Shown in pieces: positions 1-10,093 of a DNA stretch of 64,000 bases (position 1 is its first letter; each line of letters opens with the position of its first letter). The DNA is from Planctomicrobium piriforme (GTDB lineage Bacteria; Planctomycetota; Planctomycetia; Planctomycetales; Planctomycetaceae), in NCBI GenBank assembly GCA_945861445.1, contig CAMAVF010000001.1, positions 4,174-68,173 of the forward strand, given 5' to 3'. A model generated the notes under the pieces. The model did not search any database, had not been told where the DNA came from, and was given only the letters and a program-made list of their open reading frames with translations. The position numbers and the translations under genes were made by a program.

Positions 1-2385
1 TATATTGCCGATTGGTACAACCCCATTATCCAACACGGTGAAGTCGATTTCCGCGACCCGCGTCGCGACCTCACCCGCGGCCGCATCTGGCGTGTCACCG
101 CCAAGGGCCGGCCGTTAACTCCCAAGCCCCAGCTGGTGGACGCGGAGACCAAAGATCTGCTGGCCGCGCTGGCCGCACCAGATCAATTCACACGGCATCA
201 TGCCAAACGACAACTCAAAGAACGGGGCAGCGTGGTCGTGCCGCAACTGGCTGCGTGGGTGAAGCAACTTGATCCCAAGGACCCGCAATTCGAACATCTG
301 CGGCTGGAAGGACTGTGGTCATTTCAATCACTGGATGTGGTCGAACCGGATCTCTTGAATGCAGTCTTGAATTCTGCCGACCCCAAGGCCCGAGCTGCCG
401 CTGTGCGGATCGTCCCGCAGTGGGGAACTCGATTGCACAACCCTGTTGAATTGCTGGCGACCCGCGTGGTGGATGAACATCCCCGCGTGCGGTTGGAAGC
501 CGTCCGTGCGTTGGCCACGTTCCCGTCAATCCAGTCGATCGAACTGGCGATGCTGGCCTTGGATCGGCCCGTCGACAAGAATATTGATTATGCCCTCTGG
601 CTGACTGCCCGCGATCTGCAGGCGGTCTGGCTGCCCAAGCTGCAGGCCGGGGAACTCGATTTTGGAGGCAACGGCCGCCACCTGACTTTCGTGCTGCAAG
701 CGGCCGGTTCGCCTGCCGTGGTGAAACCGCTGCTGGCCTCGTTGCAGCAGGGGCAAATCCCCGCTGACCGCGAAGCTGCCATCTTGAAACTGGTGGCTGC
801 CCTGGGGGATCCGGAAGATCTTGGCAAACTGTTTGCCCTGGCTCTCGACAAGAAATCGGTCGCTCATCTGGCACTGCTGGAGTCCGCCGCACGACTGCGG
901 AACCTGAAGCCGGCAGTTGATCTGGGACAGATTGGCGAGTTGTTGGATCTTCCGGAAGAAGGTGTGCGGGCCAGTGCCGCGCGGCTCGCTGGGTTGTGGA
1001 AGGTGGAAGGCACGCGCGAGAAACTGTTGAGCTTGTTCACCAGCACGGACGACGCCTTGCCGAAATCCGTTCGGCTCGCGGCATCTGAAGGACTGGTCGC
1101 CTTGGGAGGTGACGCCAGTCAGCAGACCTTTACAGCATTCACCACACAGGAGCACCCTGCAGATCTGCGAATCCATGCCGTTGCCGCCCTGGCCGTTTTG
1201 GATACGCCGGCTGCAGCAAAGCTGGCGGTCGGTGTGTTGACTGAAACGGCGGGCATGTCTGATCCATCTCCCTTGTTCAACGCGTTTCTCGAGCAGAAAG
1301 GAGGCCCGGCATTGCTGGCCGCTGCTCTGGAAGGCAAGGAGTTGAAAGCCGACGTTGCGAAGTTGGGCATCCGGGCCATTCGCAATTCGATTCGCGAAGA
1401 GCCCGCGCTGACCGAGGCTCTATCGAAGGCGGGCAGCGTCAAGACCGGGGCCCAGACTTTGACTCCCGAAGAAATGGCAAGACTGGTGGCGGACGTTACC
1501 CAGCAAGGTGACGCGGCACGCGGGGAAGCATTGTTCCGTCGTCAGGATCTGGGCTGCTTGCGTTGCCACGCGATCGGCGGTGCCGGAGCTCAGATTGGCC
1601 CCGACCTGGTGAGTATCGGTGCCAGTGCCCAAATCGATTACATCGTCGATTCGCTGCTGAATCCGAACAAGCAGATCAAGGAAGGCTACCATTCGTTGGT
1701 CGTGGTCAATGTTCAGGGCAAGATCTTCACAGGGATCAAAGTCACCCAGACGGACCGCGATCTGATCTTGCGAAATGCACTTGGTGAAGAGATCCCCATC
1801 CCACTCGACACCATCGATGAACAAGCCAACGGCGGTTCGTTGATGCCCGTCGGATTGATCGATCCGTTGACGCGTGGCGAGCTGTTGGACGTCGTGCGAT
1901 TCTTGTCCGAACTGGGCAAGGTTGGCCCTTATTCCATTGGCAAGGCACGCATCGTCCGCCGCTGGCAAACGCTGGCTCTCGACCCCGCGCAGACCACCGT
2001 GCTCAAAGGGAAATCGGTGGAGGAACTCGTACAGAATCCCCAACTGCGATGGTCGACAGTTTACGCGACGGTTGCCGGATTGCTGCCGCTCAGCGACCTC
2101 AAGGAATTGACACCCGGATCGACTCCCGTCAGCCTGGTACGAGCCGATCTGGATGTCACGACACCGGGTGCCATTCAACTGCAGATCAACTCCATCGACG
2201 GCCTGCAATTGTGGTGGGACGGCAAGCCGGTCGCACCTGCCGCGAAGGTGAAGCTAGACCTGACCCCCGGCCCGCATCAACTGACTGTCGCGATCGACCG
2301 CGGCCAACGCCAGCAGCCCCTGCGAATCGAATTGCTGGACGTGGAAGGCTCTGCCGCGCAGGTGCAAATCCTGAATGGCAAATGA
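1..2385 (+). CDS. PVC-type heme-binding CxxCH protein (dehydrogenase-like N-domain, HEAT repeats, cytochrome c domain); 5' end cut by window edge
   Basis: Frame 1 is open from base 1 (YIADWYNPIIQHGEVDFRDP..GRIWRV), so the GTG at 136 is internal. HEAT-like repeats are present (HPRVRLEAVRALA). A single heme motif CLRCH lies at 1555-1569, followed by GPDL and IDYIVDSLLNPNK. Confidence 0.75.
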   Translation, partial: YIADWYNPIIQHGEVDFRDPRRDLTRGRIWRVTAKGRPLTPKPQLVDAETKDLLAALAAPDQFTRHHAKRQLKERGSVVVPQLAAWVKQLDPKDPQFEHLRLEGLWSFQSLDVVEPDLLNAVLNSADPKARAAAVRIVPQWGTRLHNPVELLATRVVDEHPRVRLEAVRALATFPSIQSIELAMLALDRPVDKNIDYALWLTARDLQAVWLPKLQAGELDFGGNGRHLTFVLQAAGSPAVVKPLLASLQQGQIPADREAAILKLVAALGDPEDLGKLFALALDKKSVAHLALLESAARLRNLKPAVDLGQIGELLDLPEEGVRASAARLAGLWKVEGTREKLLSLFTSTDDALPKSVRLAASEGLVALGGDASQQTFTAFTTQEHPADLRIHAVAALAVLDTPAAAKLAVGVLTETAGMSDPSPLFNAFLEQKGGPALLAAALEGKELKADVAKLGIRAIRNSIREEPALTEALSKAGSVKTGAQTLTPEEMARLVADVTQQGDAARGEALFRRQDLGCLRCHAIGGAGAQIGPDLVSIGASAQIDYIVDSLLNPNKQIKEGYHSLVVVNVQGKIFTGIKVTQTDRDLILRNALGEEIPIPLDTIDEQANGGSLMPVGLIDPLTRGELLDVVRFLSELGKVGPYSIGKARIVRRWQTLALDPAQTTVLKGKSVEELVQNPQLRWSTVYATVAGLLPLSDLKELTPGSTPVSLVRADLDVTTPGAIQLQINSIDGLQLWWDGKPVAPAAKVKLDLTPGPHQLTVAIDRGQRQQPLRIELLDVEGSAAQVQILNGK

Positions 2386-2412
2386 TTACTCGGCTGATTG
2401 AAATCAACACGT

Positions 2413-2454
2413 AATTCCCATGCATTCGGATGGGACGCATGGGACTTATGGGAC
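2413..2454. repeat. Family C array, copy C1
   Basis: The sequence is AATTCCCATGCATTCGGATGGGACGCATGGGACTTATGGGAC. Confidence 0.85.
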
Positions 2455-2461
2455 CTGCAAA

Positions 2462-3082
2462 CTACTTCGCCGCCAGCTTGGCAGCGATGGTGGCGATATG
2501 TTTGCCTTGTGCCCGTGCCACGGCCAGTTCATTTTCACTCGGCTGGCGTTCGCCCTTCTGGCCGGCGATAGTGGATGCACCATAGGGGGTGCCACCGCTG
2601 GCGGCATCCATGTAGGACAGTTCCTTGACGCTGTACGGCACGCCGCCGATCACCATGCCCATGTGAAAGAAGAACGTCGACATACTCAGCAGCGTCGTCT
2701 CCTGGCCGCCATGCTGACTGCCCGTGGATGTAAACGAACTGCCGACCTTGCCAATCAACGCGCCTGACGCAAACAGCCCGCCCGTCGCGTCTTGAAAGGC
2801 TCGCAGTTGAGCCGTCGCCTGCCCGTAACGAGTCGGCGATCCGAAAATAATCGCATCGGCCTCGGGTAAACGCTTGGTGTCGGCGATGGGGATATGGGCG
2901 AACGCCTTCTTGGCGTCAGTCGCCCCCATTTTCGCGAGTACCTCAGCGGGCAATGTTTCGGGAACCTGCAGCACTTCAACTTCGGCCCCGGGAACTTCGC
3001 GAGCACCCGCTGCAATGGCTTCCGCCAACTGATAAACGTGCCCGTACAAGCTGTAAAAGATGACCTGAACCTTAACACCCAT
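2462..3082 (-). CDS. wrbA: NAD(P)H:quinone oxidoreductase, WrbA type (flavodoxin-like)
   Basis: The 206-aa product starts MGVKVQVIFYSLYGHVYQLAEAIAAG and contains SFTSTGSQHGGQETT. Length and motifs are typical of WrbA. Confidence 0.85.
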   Translation of the reverse strand: MGVKVQVIFYSLYGHVYQLAEAIAAGAREVPGAEVEVLQVPETLPAEVLAKMGATDAKKAFAHIPIADTKRLPEADAIIFGSPTRYGQATAQLRAFQDATGGLFASGALIGKVGSSFTSTGSQHGGQETTLLSMSTFFFHMGMVIGGVPYSVKELSYMDAASGGTPYGASTIAGQKGERQPSENELAVARAQGKHIATIAAKLAAK

Positions 3083-3274
3083 GGCAGTGATCCTTGATCA
3101 AAATGGTGAGGGCCCGCTGCAAGGCTGCTAATTCTAACTCTGCGATCCTTTCTAAAGTAGCCTTCAGCATGGCGTGCAAATTCTGGCGTCTCGGCGCGAG
3201 TCATGATAAATTGAAGAGGACGACAGCGGTCGTCGGTCGTCGTTTCCAATCTTCTCAACGTCTACGACTCTCTG

Positions 3275-5551
3275 ATGCTTGTTATTGATCCCTCCCCCCA
3301 TCGGCCGATCTCCAGGGACAACTGGCTTGAGAAGCACGGAGTCTGGTTGGTTGTCGTGGCAGCGACAATTGCTTCGTTGAGTTACTACTGGTGGTTACGT
3401 TCAACCCCGCCAACGTTACGGTTACAGCCAATCGCCAATCAGTCGGTGCAGGTCGGCCAGCCGTTAACGATTCAATTGGTCTTGATGTGGAGTTCTCAAG
3501 ACGGCATCCCCCTGGAATATGGCATCATTTCAGGACCCGCGGCGGCGACGATCGACTCCGGAAAAGGGACCTGGAAATGGACTCCCGACGCAACCTCCGC
3601 CGGGCGAACCGTTCGCGTCAAGCTCGCAGTTCGAGGCGTCGAAAAACGAACGCCCCAGGCCACGTGCGAATTCTCCGTCGCCATAGGTAAGGTGATTCCA
3701 CAACCCGTTACCAAACAGTCCGTCGAATCTGACGACACGCTGCACTTGTCTGATTCAGAATCGCTAGAGACGCCCAGCTTTGTGTCACCGGCAGAGACTA
3801 TCCCTGCGGTGAGCAGCATCAAATTGGCTCCAAACATCAAGCCCGTCGTGGCGGGATCGCCGCGTGCTGAGGGCGGGAATCTGGAGTTGATCGAAGGTCT
3901 GGCCAAGCTGTATCGCGCCGGAATGCTCTGCGATCCAGCGCAATATCCCAACCTGCGTCGACTGGTGGCGGCTCGGTTTGAGCAGCAGCATGCGGCGGAA
4001 CTCAAGGCGGCCTTCCAAGGCTCGGGAGGTGAACTAGAACGCTGGCTGGGACAGCATACCGCGCTGCGAGATGAACTTTATCTGGCCTTCGAACCGGGCG
4101 ATGACATTGTCGCGGCGTTGAAGATTATTGAGCGGCTACATCTGCGGTCATTTCAACGGTTGACGGCCAATTTTGAACTCGCCATTGCGACGGCCGTCAC
4201 TTGGGATCGTGAGGCTGGTGTCTATGATTATTCGGTCCATCAACGACGCAGTCACGCCACGGTTTCGCGGGAGAAACCCTGTGATGGGGTGATGAATTTC
4301 GAGTATTACAGCGATCCAGAATTCGCAGGTCGGGCGCGGATTCGCAAGCTGCCCTGGGAATTCCTGAAGCATGTCGTCAATCATCGCACACCGTTGGAAG
4401 AACGGGCCTGGGTGCAGCGCACCTATCACGATCCACGCCGGCCCATCGGTCAATCTTATGAAGACGTCGCCTACGATCACCAGATGATCAAGTCGGGCGA
4501 ATCGACTTCCAATCTGGCACCGCGACCCTACACCCTGGCCAACCTGAAGGACCGCGGCGGCATTTGTGTGATGCAGGCGGACTACGCGACGCGAGTCGCC
4601 AAATGCCTGGGGATTCCCGCCGCTTATGTGGAAGGCCGGGCGCGAACGGGGGGCAATCATGCCTGGGTGATGTGGACCGGATTGCAGGGGGCGACGTCTG
4701 CCGGGCTGGCATTTTCCCTGGAATCCCACGGCCGTTTCTTTCTGGATCGCTACTACGTCGGCGAACTGTTGGAACCGCAAACGGGTCGCATGATCACCGA
4801 CCGGGAACTGGAATTGCGGTTGCAAGGAGTGGGACTAAACCCCCTCGCCTACCGGCATGCCGAACTGATCTTGCAAGCTTGGCCGGCCCTGAGATCCCAT
4901 TTGCAACTGACGGTGGAGCAGGAATTGGACGTCCTGGAAGCGGTCATTGACCTCAGTCCGGGGAACCAGACGGTCTGGCGGGCCGTTGCGCAACTGGCAA
5001 AGTCGGGTCGCGTGACTGTGGAACTCAATCCACGGCTGGACGGATTGCGAGACCGTTGTCTCAAGACCTTCGCGAACTGCCCCGACTTCGTCTGCCAGAT
5101 CATCGACGACCTGCTGGCCTATGAACCTGATCTGTCCCGACGCTTGCCGACCTACGACAAGCTGCTTCAGTTGTGGGCGAGTACCGCGCGCCCCGATCTG
5201 ACGTGTCAACTACGATGGCAATTGACGGATCAATTGACCGCCGACAAGCAATATCTGGCAGCCCTGGGTGGCCTGGCCCAAACGATCAAACGCTTCCCGG
5301 ATGAAGGTCGGCAGATCCCGCGGTTGCTCGACAAATACGAACAGGTTGCGCAGCACGTGGAGGACGGACAGGCGAAAACGCTGAAGCTGTACCAGGAGCT
5401 GATGCCACTGATCCCGCGCCGACGCCAAAGCCAGACCAGCCCGTTCTACCTGGAAATGCTGGCCCGAGCCGCGCAACGCTTTCGTCAGGCAGGCGACCTG
5501 AAACCCGCCGCAGCCTATGCGGAACAACTGCAGAAGCTGCAAGCCAAGTGA
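3275..5551 (+). CDS. Membrane-anchored transglutaminase-like domain protein with N-terminal Ig-like domain
   Basis: An N-terminal TM helix (VWLVVVAATIASLSYYWWL) is followed by an Ig-like segment. The transglutaminase-type Cys...His core is GGICVMQADYATRVAKCLGIPAAYV...GGNHAWVMW. The C-terminus is helical. Confidence 0.65.
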   Translation: MLVIDPSPHRPISRDNWLEKHGVWLVVVAATIASLSYYWWLRSTPPTLRLQPIANQSVQVGQPLTIQLVLMWSSQDGIPLEYGIISGPAAATIDSGKGTWKWTPDATSAGRTVRVKLAVRGVEKRTPQATCEFSVAIGKVIPQPVTKQSVESDDTLHLSDSESLETPSFVSPAETIPAVSSIKLAPNIKPVVAGSPRAEGGNLELIEGLAKLYRAGMLCDPAQYPNLRRLVAARFEQQHAAELKAAFQGSGGELERWLGQHTALRDELYLAFEPGDDIVAALKIIERLHLRSFQRLTANFELAIATAVTWDREAGVYDYSVHQRRSHATVSREKPCDGVMNFEYYSDPEFAGRARIRKLPWEFLKHVVNHRTPLEERAWVQRTYHDPRRPIGQSYEDVAYDHQMIKSGESTSNLAPRPYTLANLKDRGGICVMQADYATRVAKCLGIPAAYVEGRARTGGNHAWVMWTGLQGATSAGLAFSLESHGRFFLDRYYVGELLEPQTGRMITDRELELRLQGVGLNPLAYRHAELILQAWPALRSHLQLTVEQELDVLEAVIDLSPGNQTVWRAVAQLAKSGRVTVELNPRLDGLRDRCLKTFANCPDFVCQIIDDLLAYEPDLSRRLPTYDKLLQLWASTARPDLTCQLRWQLTDQLTADKQYLAALGGLAQTIKRFPDEGRQIPRLLDKYEQVAQHVEDGQAKTLKLYQELMPLIPRRRQSQTSPFYLEMLARAAQRFRQAGDLKPAAAYAEQLQKLQAK

Positions 5552-5588
5552 CTGTGCAGCAACGTGCTGGCTGGCATAAAAAAATATA

Positions 5589-5634
5589 ATTCCCATCGCA
5601 GTTGATGGGAATTATTGGAAGCATGGGAATTATG
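5589..5634. repeat. Family C array, copy C2
   Basis: The sequence is AATTCCCATCGCAGTTGATGGGAATTATTGGAAGCATGGGAATTATG. Confidence 0.8.
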
Positions 5635-5681
5635 AAAAAAGCAGGATCGCGCAGGTTGATTGGCCTGCGCGATCCGTGGTT

Positions 5682-7253
5682 TTACTTTGCGGTTGCCGTC
5701 ACACCGGGCCAGTCATCGGTGCGGAATGGCGTGACTGGCAAACCCTCTTTGCTGTAGAGATTGCAGACCGGGTTATCAGCCCAGGCATAACGGACTGCGA
5801 CCGGATCTTTAATCGCGTCGCTCCAAACTTCAATCTTATTGCCGTCAATCAACTTGGCCTGCGCGGTGACAAATTTCTTGTCTTCCCCGGCAATGGCGAA
5901 CCCTTGCAACTGGTGCACGTCAAACGGAGCCAGTCCGCCGCCCAAATGGTCCAGCGTGACAATGATCTTGTTGCCCTGCTTCTCCATCGACTGATACAAC
6001 GGGCTCTGATGAGCGATGGGCAACTTATAAACATCCGACAGGGCCCACCGAGCCAGTCGCTTGGCCACGTCCTGCTTGTTCTTGGGATGAATGTCTTTCC
6101 CTTCTCCCAAGTCGATGATTACGGCTTCGCCCGTATTCTTCAGTTTCGTCATCGTCATCGTCTGAGCCTCGCGTAATTCAGCCCAGGCGCTGACCGTCGG
6201 TTCTGGTTGTTCGGCCAGGAAATCGGCCAGTTGGACCCAGTAGAAGGGAAATTCACCCTGCTGCCATTCGTCGCGCCAGCTTTTGATCATCAAGGGGAAC
6301 AGATCGCGATATTGATACGCGCGGCCTGCATTGGATTCTCCCTGATACCAGATGGCTCCGCGGATTCCGTAACCGACGGTGGGTTTCAACGCCCCGTTGT
6401 AAATGTTGGCGGGACGGTGATTGCCTTTCATCCGTCCTTCGGGATTCGGCGGCATCGGGGGTGCGGGCAGGTTCTTGTCTTTGGCTTCCTTGGCCGCAAT
6501 TTCCCACTTGGCATATTTGTCCTTGTATTCTTCAATCGCCATGGGCAGATTCTCTTCTTCCGCCTTCCAGCGAGCCAGCAATTCGTCGTACTTGCCCTCT
6601 TTCGCGAGGAGGTCACGATTGATCCAGGCTTCACATGCTGAGCCGCCCCAGGCGTTGTTGATCAGCCCCACGGGGACATCCAGAGTCTGGTGCAATTGCC
6701 GACCGAAGAAGTAGCCGACGGCGGAAAAATTATCGACCGTGTCGGGCGTGCAAGCGGTCCAGGCCCCCTTGAAATCGGTCTGGACTTCCTGCGTGCCGAC
6801 ATTTGGCACGGTAATCAACCGAATCTTCGGGAACTTGGCAGTCAGCCGTTCGAGATCAGGATCGTTGGCCCGATTGACCGACCACTGCATGTTCGATTGG
6901 CCCGAGCAAATCCAAACTTCACCGACGAGAACATCGTCAAACGTGAGAGTATTCTTGCCCTGGATGGTCAGCGTATAGGGACCTCCGACAGCCAACGGTT
7001 CCAACTCCACCTGCCACCGGCCACCGGCACCCGGCTTTGCCGTCAGCTTCTGCTTGTCGATGGAAACCGTGACCTCTTCGCCATCTGCGGCCCATCCCCA
7101 AACCCGGTTCTTCTGCCCCTGCTGCAGCACCATGTGCGATCCAAAAATCGCCGGTGTTTTGACATCCGCCCGGACCGGGCTGCCACTCATTAGGGTTAAG
7201 GCCAGGCAACTCAGCGTCGCCATGATCCACTGGGATCCGCTCATGCGTCTCAT
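5682..7253 (-). CDS. Sialate O-acetylesterase-like (SASA/DUF303, SGNH-type) secreted esterase
   Basis: The GEVWICSGQSNM catalytic-serine block is present. The start is moved to the ATG at 7253, which gives the signal peptide MRRMSGSQWIMATLSCLALTLMSGSPVRA. The longer ORF (to 7343) has no signal peptide. Confidence 0.75.
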   Translation of the reverse strand: MRRMSGSQWIMATLSCLALTLMSGSPVRADVKTPAIFGSHMVLQQGQKNRVWGWAADGEEVTVSIDKQKLTAKPGAGGRWQVELEPLAVGGPYTLTIQGKNTLTFDDVLVGEVWICSGQSNMQWSVNRANDPDLERLTAKFPKIRLITVPNVGTQEVQTDFKGAWTACTPDTVDNFSAVGYFFGRQLHQTLDVPVGLINNAWGGSACEAWINRDLLAKEGKYDELLARWKAEEENLPMAIEEYKDKYAKWEIAAKEAKDKNLPAPPMPPNPEGRMKGNHRPANIYNGALKPTVGYGIRGAIWYQGESNAGRAYQYRDLFPLMIKSWRDEWQQGEFPFYWVQLADFLAEQPEPTVSAWAELREAQTMTMTKLKNTGEAVIIDLGEGKDIHPKNKQDVAKRLARWALSDVYKLPIAHQSPLYQSMEKQGNKIIVTLDHLGGGLAPFDVHQLQGFAIAGEDKKFVTAQAKLIDGNKIEVWSDAIKDPVAVRYAWADNPVCNLYSKEGLPVTPFRTDDWPGVTATAK

Positions 7254-7384
7254 GTTGAATACTCCCTCAGCGTTGAAGAATTCCGATTGTGCGTCGTTCC
7301 ACTTACGAGCACGAATGTACGAAATCCAATGCGAGGAGTACACCGTATGAGCGAGAACCAGACCCGCGCGGCAGTGAATGCTTT

Positions 7385-7423
7385 ACGTCCCTTGGCTCCC
7401 TTTAGTCCTTTTTTTCCTTTTCC
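7385..7423. repeat. Family D short array, copy D1
   Basis: ACGTCCCTTGGCTCCCTTTAGTCCTTTTTTTCCTTTTCC is followed by ATTAGTCATTAGTCATTCAT at about 7437-7456. Confidence 0.6.
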
Positions 7424-7546
7424 ATAAAGTGCAGATTAGTCATTAGTCATTCATCCACACCGTTGTGACAGAACAAGTCCCTCCTGATATCATCTCTGCT
7501 TGTGTTCCCGCCCCCAAGTCATCGCAGTTCGAGTGGAAAAACTCTG

Positions 7547-8200
7547 ATGTCGGATATTTCGGCTCCGTCCCCGCGGCGCGTGTATTGCGCCGGACCTCTG
7601 TTTAATCAGTCCGAACGGGCGGAGATGACGGACATTGCAGAGCGTTTGTGTGCCGCGGGGTACGAAGTTTACCTGCCACATCGCGATGGCATGGAGTTTC
7701 GCCACGTGCTCGACGAACTGATCGCACGGGGTTGGCCGGCGGTGACGGCGGGCCAGTTTCTCCATGCGGCGATCTTTGCTCTGGACGTCTATCAACTGGT
7801 GGCCGAATGCGGCAGCATGGTCTGGAATATGAACGGCCGTGTCCCGGATGAAGGGGCGGTGTCCGAAGCCGCGATGGCCTGGATGCTGGGGAAGCCGCTG
7901 GTTGCCTATAAAGATGACTTCCGCTCGATGATCACCGGCCGCGACAATCCACTGCTGGCGGGATTGGTGGATTTCGACTTGCTGGTCGACAAAGCACACG
8001 TGACCGTGGCACTCGAACGGGCGATCGACAACTGTCATAGTTCCCCGTTAGGTCTATCGATCCTGCCGCCGTCGGTGCAACGCGCGGTCGGGCAGGGCAG
8101 CCTGTTGTGGACGGCCATGCAGGAACAGTCGGCTCAGGGGGATAATTTCATTCTGGCGGATGTTGTCGCGGAATTGTTTGCGCCCCCGATTACACGTTAG
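7547..8200 (+). CDS. Nucleoside 2-deoxyribosyltransferase-like protein
   Basis: RVYCAGPLFNQSERAEM...YLPHRDG and DEGAVSEAAMAWMLGKPLVAY match the PF05014-type pattern. I chose the ATG at 7547 over the GTG at 7502. Confidence 0.6.
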   Translation: MSDISAPSPRRVYCAGPLFNQSERAEMTDIAERLCAAGYEVYLPHRDGMEFRHVLDELIARGWPAVTAGQFLHAAIFALDVYQLVAECGSMVWNMNGRVPDEGAVSEAAMAWMLGKPLVAYKDDFRSMITGRDNPLLAGLVDFDLLVDKAHVTVALERAIDNCHSSPLGLSILPPSVQRAVGQGSLLWTAMQEQSAQGDNFILADVVAELFAPPITR

Positions 8201-8223
8201 AGCAGGGAAAGGCAGGTCGAAAC

Positions 8224-9288
8224 ATGCGGAACATTCAGATCGCGGTCTTGGCCGGAGATGGCATTGGTCCCGAAGTGACGCGTGAAGCCGTGCGAGCGGT
8301 CGAAGCGGTCTTGCCCCGAGTCAAGGCGTCAGTGACGTGGACCTATTTCCCGTGGGGCACCGATTACTACTTTCAGCATGCGCGGATGGCACCGGCCGAT
8401 TATCTCGATCAACTGGCCAAGTTTGATGCCATCCTGCTGGGAGCGGTCGGGCATCCCAAAGTTCAGGACCACATCACCCTGAATGGGCTGTTGCTGCCGA
8501 TCCGGCGGAAGTTTGATCAATATGTCTGCCTGCGACCTTCGTACTTGTACGAAGGGGTCCAAAGCCCATTGCGCGACAAGCCCGCAGGGTCGATCGATCT
8601 CGTTGTGTTCCGGGAGAATACCGAAGGTGAGTACGTCAATTCGGGGGGCCGGATCTACCAGACCTTTCCAGAAGAAGTGGCCCTGCAGACGGCCGTCTTC
8701 ACGCGACGTGGCTGTGAGCGAATCATCCGGGCGGCGTTTGAAATGGCGGTTCAGCGCCCGAGGAAGAAGGTGGCCTCGATCACCAAGAGCAACGCCCAGG
8801 GCTATGGAATGGTGCTGTGGGACGAGTGTTTCACGCGCATCGCCCAGGAGTTTCCCGGGATCGAAACAGAGTCGTTGCTGATTGACCGCGCCGTAATGGA
8901 ATTCATCCGGCGGCCGGAATCATTTGATGTCGTCGTGGCCAGTAATCTATTCGGCGATATCCTGACCGACCTGGGGGCGATCGTCGTCGGCAGCATGGGT
9001 TTGGCGGCCAGCGGCAATATCGACCCGACTCGCCGACATCCCAGCATGTTCGAACCGGTCCACGGCTCGGCCCCGGACATCGCGGGCAAGGGGATCGCGA
9101 ATCCGTTGGCGGCCATTCTGTCCGCCGCGATGATGTTGGAACATCTGCACTTCGAAGTTGCCGCGCAAGCCCTGCATCAGGCCGTGGCCGAATTATTGAA
9201 AAGCGGCGGCCCACGCACGCCCGATCTGGGGGGCAAGTCACGCTGCGACGAAGTCGGAAATGCGATCCTCGAACTGTTGAAGACGTAG
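8224..9288 (+). CDS. Isocitrate/isopropylmalate dehydrogenase family enzyme, tartrate dehydrogenase/decarboxylase-like
   Basis: IAVLAGDGIGPEV at the N-terminus, then FPWGTDYYFQHARMAPADYLDQLAKFDAILLGAVGHP and LPIRRKFDQYVCLRP resemble TtuC-type enzymes. The protein is 354 aa. Confidence 0.75.
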   Translation: MRNIQIAVLAGDGIGPEVTREAVRAVEAVLPRVKASVTWTYFPWGTDYYFQHARMAPADYLDQLAKFDAILLGAVGHPKVQDHITLNGLLLPIRRKFDQYVCLRPSYLYEGVQSPLRDKPAGSIDLVVFRENTEGEYVNSGGRIYQTFPEEVALQTAVFTRRGCERIIRAAFEMAVQRPRKKVASITKSNAQGYGMVLWDECFTRIAQEFPGIETESLLIDRAVMEFIRRPESFDVVVASNLFGDILTDLGAIVVGSMGLAASGNIDPTRRHPSMFEPVHGSAPDIAGKGIANPLAAILSAAMMLEHLHFEVAAQALHQAVAELLKSGGPRTPDLGGKSRCDEVGNAILELLKT

Positions 9289-9304
9289 TTGTCGGTTGCC
9301 GGTT

Positions 9305-9360
9305 CTCAGTTGTCAGTAAAGACGATCTGCTCCGTAGATCTCTGACAACTGACAACTGAG
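9305..9360. repeat. Imperfect hairpin built from GTTGTCA heptamers, just 3' of the dehydrogenase gene
   Basis: CTCAGTTGTCAG at 9305-9316 pairs with CTGACAACTGAG at 9349-9360, with inner GATCT/AGATC pairing. There is no T-run. Confidence 0.6.
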
Positions 9361-9579
9361 TCTGGACATGCTGTCGCTAGACCGATACGTTTAATAGTGA
9401 GCGGTGTTTCATTTCAGAGACGTCGAATTCTCCGACGTCGCACGATTTCGATGCGATTTGTTGGTTTCTTTCTGGGTTGGATGGGTGAGCGAGAGCTGAC
9501 GCTGTCCGCCCGGGCTTCGTTTTGGAATACCGCTCAGTGTTCTTAAATGGAATAAACGCAGCGACTTAAGGAAATACGC

Positions 9580-10089
9580 ATGAGTTCCAATGATTTGAAT
9601 CGCCGCGACTTTCATCGATTGTCGATGGCTGCGATGGGTGGCGTGATGGCGGGCAGCCTGGCGGGCTGTGAAAACAAGCCGTTGCCTCAACCGGCTGCTC
9701 CTCCATCGGCGCCGACCGCGGCTACTCCCGGGGCGACGCCTCCCGCGGTGGCTGCGACTGGGGAAGTTTCGGCGCCCGAATGGCATCTCTGCCGTGGTTT
9801 GAATGAGTGTAAAGGGCAGGGGGGCGGGGAATCTAAAGGCAAGAATAACTGTGCGGGACTCGGCGAATGTGCCACAGTCAAGGAGCATGGTTGCGGCGGC
9901 GAGAATGAATGCAAGGGACAAGGGGGCTGCGGTGCCAATGCAGCGGACAACGAATGTAAAGGCAAGGGGGGGTGCCACATTCCGTTGATGGATGAGCCTT
10001 GGGAAAAGGTCCGCAAACGACTCGCAGACAAAATGAAGACTGCCGGTCAGAAGCTCGGCGATGCACCGCCGAAGAAGAAATCCAAGTGA
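9580..10089 (+). CDS. Tat-signal lipoprotein with cysteine-rich CKGxGGC repeats
   Basis: A twin-arginine motif (NRRDFHRL), hydrophobic region and lipobox (LAGC) are followed by a Pro/Ala linker. The core is HLCRGLNECKGQGGGESKGKNNCAGLGECATVKEHGCGGENECKGQGGCGANAADNECKGKGGCHIP (9 Cys), and the tail is basic. AAGGA lies upstream of the ATG. Confidence 0.75.
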   Translation: MSSNDLNRRDFHRLSMAAMGGVMAGSLAGCENKPLPQPAAPPSAPTAATPGATPPAVAATGEVSAPEWHLCRGLNECKGQGGGESKGKNNCAGLGECATVKEHGCGGENECKGQGGCGANAADNECKGKGGCHIPLMDEPWEKVRKRLADKMKTAGQKLGDAPPKKKSK

Positions 10090-10093
10090 GAAG

